Below are positions 26,854-35,433 of a DNA stretch of 52,655 nt, in pieces. This DNA comes from a virus (taxonomy: Duplodnaviria > Caudoviricetes). The notes beneath the pieces are model-generated. The model had not been told where the DNA came from, ran no database searches, and saw only the letters and a list, made by a program, of their open reading frames with translations. The DNA is taken from IMG/VR virus record IMGVR_UViG_3300022670_000781, positions 1 to 52,655 of that record; one strand, 5' to 3'. The position numbers were made by a program, and so were the translations under genes. Positions within the stretch are counted from its first letter, which is position 1; the number at the start of each line of letters is the position of its first letter.

Positions 26854-28530
26854 ATGAAACCCCGCGATTACCAAGAACACGCTATCGAAAGCCTTTTTGA
26901 ATACTTCCAAGAGTATGACGGGAACCCAGTTTTAGCACTCCCGCCAGGAACTGGGAAAAGTGTTGTTATCGGGGCTTTCGTTAAACAGGTTTATTCATTG
27001 TATCCTTGTCAACGAATTATGATGGTTACCCATGTAAAAGAATTAATAGTTCAGAACTTTGAAAAGTTAATGACAATGTGGCCTACTGCTCCAGCTGGGG
27101 TTTATTCTGCGGGGCTTGGCAGGAAAGACATTACCCAGTCCATTATATATGGGGGTATAGCTTCAGTTAGTAAGAAGCCTGAATTGTTTGGTCATATTGA
27201 TTTAATAATTATTGATGAATGCCATCTAGTTTCTCAAAAACAAAATACCCTTTATCAAAAATTCATAACTGCTTTAACAGAGGTTAATCCAGCACTGAAA
27301 GTAATCGGGTTAACTGCTACAGCTTACCGTATGGGTCAAGGTGGTATAACCGAAGAAGGTGGTTTGTTTACTGATATGTGTTGCGATATGACAACTCTAG
27401 ATACCTTTAACTGGTTTTTTGATGAAGGGTATCTATGTAAATTAATTCCCAAGAGACCAAGGGCCGTTCTTAATGTTGATGGTGTTCATGTTCGGGGTGG
27501 TGAATTTATTGCAAAGGAGTTACAAAATGCAGTAGACCAATATGATATAACCCATGCCGCTATCGAAGAGCTCCTTGAGTGGGGCCATGATAGAAAACAT
27601 TGTCTAATCTTTGCTGCTGGTATTACCCATGCTGAACATATAGTTGAAATTTTAGAAGAATTTGGGATCACTGCAGCTTCGGTTCATTCAAAAATGCCAA
27701 TAAAAGAACGTGATCGAATCATCAAAGCATTTGAAAATGGGGAGTACTGGGCTCTAGTTAATAATGGTATTTTGACCACAGGATACGACTTCCCTGCAAT
27801 TGATTTACTTGGGATTCTTAGGCCTACCAAATCTACGGCCTTATGGATTCAAATACTGGGGCGTGGGATTAGGACAGATTACGCAACAGGATATAATCTT
27901 GAAACCCGAGAGGGTAGATTGGATGCTATTGCCAATAGTAGTAAACCTGATTGTTTGGTTATGGATTTTGCCGGTAATGCGGTTAGACTAGGACCAATAA
28001 ATAATCCGGTGATCCCACAAAAGAGGGGTAAGAAAAAAGGCCCAACAGATCCTGTAGTAAAAATGTGTGTAGTTTGTAGAACTGAAAACCCACCAAGTAC
28101 ACGATTTTGTAATGATTGCGGAAATGAATTTCCACCACCTAAACTCAACATTGATCAAATGGCAGGAGATGAAGAATTAATTGATAAAGGCGATAAACCT
28201 GAAATTCAAGTTGAAGTCTTTAAAGTAGATCGGGTAATATACCACCGACATAATAAGAAAGGAAAACCACTTGCAATAAAAGTAACCTATTATTGTGGAC
28301 TACGAAGATTTAGTGAATATGTATGTCTTGAACATGGTAAGTATGCCGCTAAAAAGGCAAGAACTTGGTGGCGGGATAGAGGTGCTATTGAAGTACCTGA
28401 AACTACCGAAGAAGCATTACAGCAAATTGAAGGGCTCCCGACTCCTACTCACATTCGAGTTTGGGTTAATAAAAAATATCCGGAGGTACTAGCCAGTGAT
28501 TACACAGGAACAGCGTTTGAAGCTGCATAA
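26854..28530 (+). CDS. SF2 DExH helicase with a zinc finger (RadD/YejH-like)
   Basis: PRDYQ, PGTGKS, DECH, GLTAT, LTTGYD, QILGRGIR, CxxC-x10-CxxC. Confidence 0.92.
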   Translation: MKPRDYQEHAIESLFEYFQEYDGNPVLALPPGTGKSVVIGAFVKQVYSLYPCQRIMMVTHVKELIVQNFEKLMTMWPTAPAGVYSAGLGRKDITQSIIYGGIASVSKKPELFGHIDLIIIDECHLVSQKQNTLYQKFITALTEVNPALKVIGLTATAYRMGQGGITEEGGLFTDMCCDMTTLDTFNWFFDEGYLCKLIPKRPRAVLNVDGVHVRGGEFIAKELQNAVDQYDITHAAIEELLEWGHDRKHCLIFAAGITHAEHIVEILEEFGITAASVHSKMPIKERDRIIKAFENGEYWALVNNGILTTGYDFPAIDLLGILRPTKSTALWIQILGRGIRTDYATGYNLETREGRLDAIANSSKPDCLVMDFAGNAVRLGPINNPVIPQKRGKKKGPTDPVVKMCVVCRTENPPSTRFCNDCGNEFPPPKLNIDQMAGDEELIDKGDKPEIQVEVFKVDRVIYHRHNKKGKPLAIKVTYYCGLRRFSEYVCLEHGKYAAKKARTWWRDRGAIEVPETTEEALQQIEGLPTPTHIRVWVNKKYPEVLASDYTGTAFEAA

Positions 28531-28693
28531 ACTTACTGATGATTATTTAGAAGAATTGGGCGTGTTTAAGTCTTGTATAAATTGTGAACAGTTCATGCAT
28601 ACTGAAGAAAAATGTGGTAAATATAATTTGAGACCCCCAGCTGAAACCATAGCCAAGGGTTGTGATGATTGGTTTGAAGAAATACCATTTTAA
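28496..28693 (+). CDS. Small Cys-rich protein
   Basis: SCINC...C......PP......GC..W..EIPF motif; start uncertain. Confidence 0.65.
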   Translation: MITQEQRLKLHKLTDDYLEELGVFKSCINCEQFMHTEEKCGKYNLRPPAETIAKGCDDWFEEIPF

Positions 28694-28715
28694 TCGAAAA
28701 GAATGTGATTAAAGG

Positions 28716-28780
28716 GTGCACCTTATACAGGGATCCCTTATAATGGGTTATCAATTAGGAACAACCAAAAGGATAACAAC
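28716..28780 (+). promoter_or_regulatory. Sigma70-like promoter plus conserved leader variant
   Basis: GTGCAC-N17-TATAAT, then ATCAATTAGGAACAACCAAAAGGA. Confidence 0.6.
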
Positions 28781-29365
28781 ATGAAATCTTACAAAGTCAA
28801 GTCAAGCGCACAACGTCAAGCCCGTAAAGAATTTGGATCTGATTATTTAACTCTTGGATCTATCGTCTCAGTTGAAGGTGGATTCACTTTTGAACTTAAT
28901 GAGGTAGTTAAGGCTACACCTTTACCTGAGCTGGATGCCTTCTTTGCACCTACTGAACCAGAAGTAAAAGTAACCAAAGCCCTAAATAAAGAAGACCAAG
29001 CCTTAATGGATTCTTACGGCACTGTTAATTGCCCTCATTGTGATGTTAATCTTGGTAATGGTTGTTCATCTAATGACCAACAAATCGATGCTGGATTACC
29101 TATGTTGGACAAATACGAGAATGTTTGTTTAGGATGTGGTGAAGAATTTGGTCCTGAGATAACTATTACCTTTCCAAAAAATAAAAACATCATAAAAACA
29201 AATTCAGATGTCGATGCTCCTTGTAAGTTAGTATGGATTATTGCTGAGGGAATGGTTGGCCACAAACGCAAAGACATCATCGCTGAATGTGTTAAACAAG
29301 GGGTCGCATACAATACAGCCCGCACCCAGTATCAAAGTTATTTCAAAGCCCTCAAAGCCGATTAA
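28781..29365 (+). CDS. Paralog 1: CxxC zinc ribbon plus C-terminal VW.IA...TA.TQY helical domain
   Basis: CPHC...CLGC; VWIIAEGM..KRKDIIAECVKQG..YNTARTQY. Confidence 0.75.
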   Translation: MKSYKVKSSAQRQARKEFGSDYLTLGSIVSVEGGFTFELNEVVKATPLPELDAFFAPTEPEVKVTKALNKEDQALMDSYGTVNCPHCDVNLGNGCSSNDQQIDAGLPMLDKYENVCLGCGEEFGPEITITFPKNKNIIKTNSDVDAPCKLVWIIAEGMVGHKRKDIIAECVKQGVAYNTARTQYQSYFKALKAD

Positions 29366-29412
29366 ATTCTAATTAACCTGCCCCGCACTAGGGGCTTAAT
29401 CATGGAGTTATT

Positions 29413-29997
29413 ATGCCTATTCTAATTGATTGCGAAAAGCTTACCTTTGTAAAAGCTGCTAAAACAGTTGAACAGCTCCAGTACTGGGCTGATATTTTAT
29501 GCCCTGATTCTGATTATCTTATTGCGGATACTCAAAAGAAAGTTTATGCCGCATTTACCGAAATGGAGCTAAAAATTCTTTACGGTAATACCATAATGCA
29601 GGATATGCGTCACATAATCCCGTCCAGCTATAACAAGCTTCTAAACGAAGTGGTTAAGCTAGGTGAAGGTATCGAAGAAGACGAGACTGAACTTAGTGAC
29701 CTCAAGAAAAAGCTAGGTAAGGCGTTAAGTAGTCCCTTCCCATTAAATAAGCCTACTCAAATTAGTGGGGGGTCTCCCACTAAGCCCAAAGCCCCGCCTA
29801 GCGTAGGCAAGAGACCTAAAGCTGGAACATCCACTGCCAAAGTCTGGGATATCGCTGATGAAATGATGGCTGGAGATCCAGGCCTAGGAATTGATTCTAA
29901 AGACTTTCGTAAATGTGTTATCGAGGAGTGTGTTAAAGAAGGTTTAAACCCTTCAACCGCAAGTACGCAATTTGGCAAATGGAAAAATTCAAAATAA
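29413..29997 (+). CDS. Paralog 2 with the same C-terminal helical domain
   Basis: RPKAGTSTAKVWDIADEM...RKCVIEECVKEGLNPSTASTQFGKWK. Confidence 0.75.
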   Translation: MPILIDCEKLTFVKAAKTVEQLQYWADILCPDSDYLIADTQKKVYAAFTEMELKILYGNTIMQDMRHIIPSSYNKLLNEVVKLGEGIEEDETELSDLKKKLGKALSSPFPLNKPTQISGGSPTKPKAPPSVGKRPKAGTSTAKVWDIADEMMAGDPGLGIDSKDFRKCVIEECVKEGLNPSTASTQFGKWKNSK

Positions 29998-30000
29998 ACG

Positions 30001-30029
30001 TTGACCTTTGTTTATGATTTAAGTATTAT
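30001..30029 (+). promoter_or_regulatory. Sigma70-like promoter for paralog 3 and the structured RNA
   Basis: TTGACC-N17-TATTAT. Confidence 0.7.
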
Positions 30030-30082
30030 TCAATTCAACATTGTTAAACAAGTAACATTTAATCCCACTAAGGAGACATGAT

Positions 30083-30412
30083 ATGTCTGAAGAAACTGAA
30101 AACACTGCACAAGAGCAAGCCCCAGCGAAAGTTGTTCAACCTAAACAAAATGGCGTATCTCGTCCAAAAACTGGTACTAAAACTGGTCGTGTTTGGGAAA
30201 TTGCTGACGCTCAATCGAATGAAGCCGGTGAAGCTGCAAAGCGTAAACCTGTTTTAGATGCTGCTATCGCTGAAGGTATCAATGCTGCAACAGCTGCTAC
30301 CCAGTATGGTCGCTGGCGTAAATTTAACGGCCTTGAAGGTAATGGTAAAGAAGCTGCTACAACTGCTGAAACACCTGCTGAAACTGAAGCCGAAACACCT
30401 GCAGAAGCTTAA
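30083..30412 (+). CDS. Paralog 3: stand-alone helical (HTH-like) domain; probably highly expressed
   Basis: RPKTGTKTGRVWEIADAQ...RKPVLDAAIAEGINAATAATQYGRWRK; TAAGGAG RBS; strong GCT/ACT/GAA/AAA codon bias. Confidence 0.8.
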   Translation: MSEETENTAQEQAPAKVVQPKQNGVSRPKTGTKTGRVWEIADAQSNEAGEAAKRKPVLDAAIAEGINAATAATQYGRWRKFNGLEGNGKEAATTAETPAETEAETPAEA

Positions 30413-30626
30413 TGAAGCTAAAACCGCTGAATGACTGCCGGCGGTTTTAATTTTAAAGGCGTTGGGAGTGATGACCTAGCGTCTTTAAATGAATCCATTG
30501 AATCTCACAACTTGTTGAGGAACAGACTTTAAACGAACCGCGATGATTGCCTTTATGATCGAATAGACCGTAATGTAGTAATGATTCAAAGTACTCCTCT
30601 TGTTTAAAGCGAGGTTTAGTGGATTC
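30412..30626 (+). ncRNA. Unrecognised structured RNA (~210 nt)
   Basis: Stems 30419-30429/30439-30449, 30452-30466/30475-30489, 30491-30506/30611-30626 and 30527-30536/30600-30609; every non-Watson-Crick pair is G-U on the + strand; no ORF. Confidence 0.75.
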
Positions 30627-30649
30627 TTCGAAAAGTAAATCATTTCAAT

Positions 30650-30673
30650 AAAGGGGCTTAAGGCCTCTTTTTT
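30650..30673 (+). terminator. Rho-independent terminator closing the paralog-3/RNA unit
   Basis: AAAGGGGC-TTAAG-GCCTCTTT followed by TTT. Confidence 0.8.
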
Positions 30674-30687
30674 GTTCTCTTTATTAG

Positions 30688-30716
30688 TTGTATAGAGTAT
30701 TATTTGGGAGTATAAT
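30688..30716 (+). promoter_or_regulatory. Sigma70-like promoter for queE
   Basis: TTGTAT-N17-TATAAT. Confidence 0.7.
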
Positions 30717-30741
30717 TAATACCCAATCAAGGAGTACTCTC

Positions 30742-31452
30742 ATGCAGCTCATAACCATCAATAAGCAAAAAGTTTCTAAACCAGTTAGTGATCCAAACTC
30801 AATTCTTGTTCATTCAATGTTCGATACCATTCAAGGCGAAGGCCCATTTGCAGGTACCCCTGCTTTATTCATCCGACTAGCCGGTTGTAATCTTCGATGT
30901 CCAGCATGTGATACCGAGTATACCGAAGGGGTTGAACGAATGCATCCTAATGACATTGTTATTAAAGGCAGTACTATGACCAATGCCCAACTTGTGGTCA
31001 TTACAGGAGGGGAGCCATTTCGACAAGATATTTCGGACTTGTGTGTGTACCTTGTAAGAGCTGGTTTTAAAGTACAAATTGAAACTAATGGTACATTACC
31101 TATTCCCCCATATTTTCTAACCTATCTGATTAACGCAACTATTTTTATTGTTTGTAGTCCAAAGACAGAATTTGTACACCCTGACCTATTGCCTCACATA
31201 GTGGCATTTAAATATGTACTTGACTGTAATGATGTTTCAGATGATGGTTTACCAATTAAGGCGTTAGGCCACAAGGTCAAAGGACGGGTATTCCGTAAAC
31301 CTGAAGATCATCCTGCAGAAGTATTTCTCCAGCCTGTTGATGTGCAAAATGATTATGAAAACCAGATGCATGAAAAAGCAGTTGTTAAGTCGTGTATGGT
31401 TTACGGCTATCGTTTATGCCTCCAAATGCATAAGATAATAGGCGTCGAATAA
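30742..31452 (+). CDS. queE: 7-carboxy-7-deazaguanine synthase (radical SAM)
   Basis: TIQGEG, FIRLAGCNLRCPACDT (CxxxCxxC), ITGGEP, IETNG, SPK, LQMHK; start reassigned to ATG 30742 after AAGGAG. Confidence 0.93.
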   Translation: MQLITINKQKVSKPVSDPNSILVHSMFDTIQGEGPFAGTPALFIRLAGCNLRCPACDTEYTEGVERMHPNDIVIKGSTMTNAQLVVITGGEPFRQDISDLCVYLVRAGFKVQIETNGTLPIPPYFLTYLINATIFIVCSPKTEFVHPDLLPHIVAFKYVLDCNDVSDDGLPIKALGHKVKGRVFRKPEDHPAEVFLQPVDVQNDYENQMHEKAVVKSCMVYGYRLCLQMHKIIGVE

Positions 31453-31465
31453 TCTAATCTAAAGG

Positions 31466-31493
31466 TTGTTTATTACTCTTGTTAGGTTATAAT
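31466..31493 (+). promoter_or_regulatory. Possible sigma70-like promoter for queC-queD-folE
   Basis: TTGTTT-N16-TATAAT. Confidence 0.45.
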
Positions 31494-31561
31494 AGATAAA
31501 GAAGTAAAGGGTTTATACCCGCTCCAAAATCAATCACTGTAATAATTAAGGAAACAAAATA

Positions 31562-32257
31562 ATGAAACTGACAAAAGCAGTCGTGGTATTATCAGGCGGA
31601 CAAGATTCAGTTACGTGTCTGGGCCTGGCCTTGGCCTCTCACCATTCTGTATCATGTATCTCGTTTATTTATGGGCAGAAACATTCTATTGAAATTGAGC
31701 AGGCAAAGAAAATTTGTGCCAAACTTGAAGTTGAATTGAAAATTATTGATATCAGCTTTTTAGGTGAGCTAGTTACTAGTGCATTAACTGGGGATGGAGA
31801 TGTGAACGCTGCTCATCCTAACAACCCTGATTTACCGGCAAGTTTTGTACCAAATCGAAACGCCTTGTTCTTAACCATTGCCCACGCCTACGCCCAAGAG
31901 AAAAAAGCTGATTTTGTATACACTGGGGTTTGCCAAACCGATTACAGTGGTTATCCTGATTGCCGAAAGGATTTCGTAATCGCGTTGCAGGATAGCCTTA
32001 ATCTAGGGTATGTGACAAACATTAACATCATAACTCCTTTGATGTATCGGACCAAAGCTGAAACATTTAAATTGGCCGCGCAATACGATTGTTTGAATCT
32101 GGTAATTGAAGATTCTCATACCTGCTACAATGGGGATCGTACTATTCGTCATCATTGGGGTTATGGTTGTGGTGAATGTGGGGCTTGTAAATTACGCGCT
32201 AAAGGATGGGAGGAGTATTGTCATGACATATCTGCGGATGACAAACAAGCGAACTAA
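31562..32257 (+). CDS. queC: 7-cyano-7-deazaguanine (preQ0) synthase
   Basis: LSGGQDS PP-loop, YGQKH, FVPNRN, DYSGYPDCR, TCY...CGECGACKLR; no GAT domain. Confidence 0.95.
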   Translation: MKLTKAVVVLSGGQDSVTCLGLALASHHSVSCISFIYGQKHSIEIEQAKKICAKLEVELKIIDISFLGELVTSALTGDGDVNAAHPNNPDLPASFVPNRNALFLTIAHAYAQEKKADFVYTGVCQTDYSGYPDCRKDFVIALQDSLNLGYVTNINIITPLMYRTKAETFKLAAQYDCLNLVIEDSHTCYNGDRTIRHHWGYGCGECGACKLRAKGWEEYCHDISADDKQAN

Positions 32258-32447
32258 ACCTAGGTTGCCTGCCAAAGCCCATCAAACATGGTATACCTTT
32301 TCAGGCGGGCCGTGGGATGGTAAAAGGGTATCGATGTCCGATCCTACTGGGACATTACCTATTACTGTTAATGGTTATATAGGTCGGTATGTAAATGGGA
32401 ATCGGCTTGAGTCAAAAGATCTAATTTGGCAACCTGATAGAACTTAA
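32238..32447 (+). CDS. Small hypothetical protein inserted between queC and queD
   Basis: FSGGPWDG motif; likely start at ATG 32238 or 32223. Confidence 0.55.
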   Translation: MTNKRTKPRLPAKAHQTWYTFSGGPWDGKRVSMSDPTGTLPITVNGYIGRYVNGNRLESKDLIWQPDRT

Positions 32448-32478
32448 ACAATTAACTCACAATTAAAAAGAGAACAAA

Positions 32479-32907
32479 ATGCCTAAAATTAAAGTTCAAC
32501 GTTATCACGATATTTGTGCTGGTCACAGAGTTACTGGTCACGAAGGTAAATGCAAACACTTACATGGCCACAATTATCGGGTTCATTTCAACTGCGAATC
32601 AGAAGATGGCACCCTTGATCATTTGGGCCGTGTAGTTGATTTCTCGGTAGTTAAAGAGAAGCTTTGTATGTGGCTTGAAGATAACTGGGATCATCATTTC
32701 TTAATCTGGAACCAAGATCCTCTTAAGTCGTATCTTCTTGATATTGACCCTACTGTTGTAGTGGTACCTTTTAATCCCACCGCCGAAAACATGGCTGAGT
32801 TTTTAGTAAAGCAAGTGGCACCTATGCAAATGAAAGGCACTGGTATTGTTCTAACTTCGGTTAAAATCGATGAAACCCGTAAATGTTCAGTTTCTTACGA
32901 ACTGTAA
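32479..32907 (+). CDS. queD: 6-carboxy-5,6,7,8-tetrahydropterin synthase
   Basis: AGHR...CKHLHGHNYRV, DF, WDH, PTAENMA, ET motifs. Confidence 0.93.
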   Translation: MPKIKVQRYHDICAGHRVTGHEGKCKHLHGHNYRVHFNCESEDGTLDHLGRVVDFSVVKEKLCMWLEDNWDHHFLIWNQDPLKSYLLDIDPTVVVVPFNPTAENMAEFLVKQVAPMQMKGTGIVLTSVKIDETRKCSVSYEL

Positions 32908-32919
32908 TTGGAGTAAAAA

Positions 32920-33522
32920 ATGCGAGATACGCAAAACAGAAAAAATATAGTGGCTGGTAGTATTCGTACAATATTGCAGTGTATTGAAGATGATGGACCT
33001 ACCCACGAGCATACCCCATTTGATAGTGTTCGAGAAGGGCTTGAAGAAACCCCTGAACGTGTTGCCAAGGCTATGGCCAAATGGTTCGAAGGTTATCACA
33101 TGGACGCTGGTGAAATCTTAAAAGTCTTCGAAGATGGTGCTGAACATTATGATGAAATGATAACTGTGGTCAATATCCCACTCTACAGCAAATGTGAACA
33201 CCACATGGCTGATATTTTTGGAACTGCTACAGTAGCCTATATCCCCAATGGTGCAATTGTTGGTTTGTCTAAGTTGTCTCGTATTGTGAATATGTACGCT
33301 CGCCGCTTGCAAGTTCAAGAACGTTTGACTACTGACATTGCCAATTGCCTCCAAGAGCATTTGAAACCGCTGGGTGTAGGGGTTTATATCAAGGCCCGTC
33401 ATATGTGTATGGAATCCCGCGGGGTTTGTCAGCAGGGCCATCACACCGTGACTACCGCATTACTTGGGGTCATGAAAACAGATGCTGCCACTCGGGCTGA
33501 GTTTTTATTAATCGCTAAGTAA
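32920..33522 (+). CDS. folE: GTP cyclohydrolase I
   Basis: REGLEETPERVAK, SKCEHH, GLSKL, RRLQVQERLT, HMCMESRGV. Confidence 0.96.
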   Translation: MRDTQNRKNIVAGSIRTILQCIEDDGPTHEHTPFDSVREGLEETPERVAKAMAKWFEGYHMDAGEILKVFEDGAEHYDEMITVVNIPLYSKCEHHMADIFGTATVAYIPNGAIVGLSKLSRIVNMYARRLQVQERLTTDIANCLQEHLKPLGVGVYIKARHMCMESRGVCQQGHHTVTTALLGVMKTDAATRAEFLLIAK

Positions 33523-33526
33523 TAGG

Positions 33527-33554
33527 AATGGCTGGGGTAACCTAGCCATTTTTC
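33527..33554 (+). terminator. Hairpin/terminator between folE and dpdA
   Basis: AATGGCTGGG-GTAA-CCTAGCCATT followed by TTT. Confidence 0.6.
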
Positions 33555-33557
33555 TCT

Positions 33558-34475
33558 ATGAAACTATATCTTGCTGGAATACATACTTCAAACTTTGATC
33601 TCAATGGTCGGCTTTATGATAGACTAACCCCAGAAGAACAAGAACACCGTGATGGAGTTAGATATTACCTAGAATCGTATCACTACATTGGACGCCAATC
33701 CTATATTGACCGCATTCGTAAAGATGGTATTAAAGTATTTTTGGACTCTGGTGCTTTCTCTGCCTTTACTAAAGGAATTCAGGTAGATATGCAGGCCTAC
33801 TGTAGGTATATTGAAGAAAACATTGATATTATTGAGGTTCGGGACGGTACCGTTTACGCTTCTGTATTGGATCACATCGGTTCTGCTCAAGGTACCTATG
33901 AAAATCAAATCGCAATGGAACGACTTGGTGTAAAACCATTACCCTGTTTTCACTATGGTGAAGATGAACGATACCTTGAATGGTACATCGCAAATTATGA
34001 TTACATTACAATTGGTGGCATGGTACCTATATCAACCCCTCAACTTCGAATATGGTTAGACCGCATATTTGAAAAATACATGATTGATGGATCTGGTAGA
34101 CCAAAGATAAAATTTCATGCTTTCGGTTTAACCACTTTATCCCTTATGAAGCGGTATCCATGGTATTCAGTGGATTCATCATCTTGGGTTCAAATGGCGG
34201 CTACTGGTAATCTATTAATTCCTGGCCATGGAACTATATCTGTATCTGCACAAAGCCCATCCCTAAAAAAGCAGAATCAACATATCGATAATGTGGCCCC
34301 ATTGATCAAGGATGCTATTATTAAAAAGTTCGAAGACAGAGGGTTCGAAATAGATCGATTACGTAATGAATATATTTCGAGATGGGTGTATAATATACAA
34401 TCCTACAAAGAGATTAATCTTGAAATATTCGAAGATGATCCAAAGTTTATTGTTGATCAAATGGGGTTATTTTAA
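33558..34475 (+). CDS. dpdA: DpdA-like DNA guanine transglycosylase (TGT fold)
   Basis: VFLDSGAFS, PCFHYGE, IGGMVP, HAFG, YSVDSSSW motifs; adjacent to the que/folE genes. Confidence 0.82.
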   Translation: MKLYLAGIHTSNFDLNGRLYDRLTPEEQEHRDGVRYYLESYHYIGRQSYIDRIRKDGIKVFLDSGAFSAFTKGIQVDMQAYCRYIEENIDIIEVRDGTVYASVLDHIGSAQGTYENQIAMERLGVKPLPCFHYGEDERYLEWYIANYDYITIGGMVPISTPQLRIWLDRIFEKYMIDGSGRPKIKFHAFGLTTLSLMKRYPWYSVDSSSWVQMAATGNLLIPGHGTISVSAQSPSLKKQNQHIDNVAPLIKDAIIKKFEDRGFEIDRLRNEYISRWVYNIQSYKEINLEIFEDDPKFIVDQMGLF

Positions 34476-34476
34476 A

Positions 34477-35433
34477 ATGTTAAAATCTTTAAAATTCGTT
34501 CAAGGGGCAGTCGCTAAAAAAGATTATGTTCCAAGCCTAACCCACTTTAGAATTGAAAATGGTTTTATCAAAGGGTTTAACGGGGAGCTGGGCCTATGTA
34601 GCCCTATTGACTTGGATCTTACTGTCAGTCCTAAGGCCACAACATTCATTAAAGCAATCCAAACTTGTAAAACTACTGTGGCCATGCATATTACTCCTAC
34701 TGGGCGCCTAGCCATTAAGTCTGGTAATTTTAAAGCCTTTATCGATTGCGACTCCAATGATATTTACCCAGACATTGATCCTGAAGGTGAAATCATAAAA
34801 CTGGATAATGGCTTTCTACCCATCATTAAAAAGATTGCACCTTTTATAGCGGATGACGCATCTCGGCCGTGGGCTCGGGGTATTCTATTTAGAGGCCAAT
34901 CTGCATTTGTAACAAACAATATTATAATAGTCGAGTATTGGTTGGGTTATGATTTTCCAGTAGAGATCAATATACCTCACAACGCAATCAAAGAACTCCT
35001 ACGAATAGGCGAAGAACCTACCCATTTACAACTAAACGAAAACCAGTTAACATTTCATTATTCAGATGGTAGGTGGTTAAAGACTCAAATTTGTAAAACC
35101 CAATGGCCTGATCTAACCCCATTATTTGAAGTAGACCAAAACACTGAAACCATCAACGAAGATTTCTGGGAGTCCATCGAGAGTATTATACCTTTTATTG
35201 ATGACATGGGTCGGGTATATATGGAGGATCATAAATTGACCACAACAGACTCTGATAATGAAGGGGTCACTTTAGAGGTATCAAATACCTTTCCAGTCCA
35301 GATGTGTTTTAATGCCAAGCAAGTGTTTATGTTGAAAAAACTTACCTCGGAGATTGACTTTTCTCACTATCCTAAACCATGTCCATTTGTAGGTGAAAAC
35401 CTTCGCGGGGTTATTGTGGGCATTAGAATATGA
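34477..35433 (+). CDS. DNA polymerase beta-clamp-like processivity factor
   Basis: MLKSLKFVQGAVAKKD...LTHFRI...PFIADDASRPW; about 318 aa; lies before the polymerase; start reassigned to ATG 34477. Confidence 0.75.
   Translation: MLKSLKFVQGAVAKKDYVPSLTHFRIENGFIKGFNGELGLCSPIDLDLTVSPKATTFIKAIQTCKTTVAMHITPTGRLAIKSGNFKAFIDCDSNDIYPDIDPEGEIIKLDNGFLPIIKKIAPFIADDASRPWARGILFRGQSAFVTNNIIIVEYWLGYDFPVEINIPHNAIKELLRIGEEPTHLQLNENQLTFHYSDGRWLKTQICKTQWPDLTPLFEVDQNTETINEDFWESIESIIPFIDDMGRVYMEDHKLTTTDSDNEGVTLEVSNTFPVQMCFNAKQVFMLKKLTSEIDFSHYPKPCPFVGENLRGVIVGIRI

Noticed and set aside
30412-30741. Known preQ1 riboswitch upstream of queE
   Set aside because: I see no match to the preQ1-I pattern (short stem, GUUC-type loop, A-rich tail), and a terminator plus a separate promoter lie between the RNA and queE. 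Other riboswitch classes were not formally scanned.
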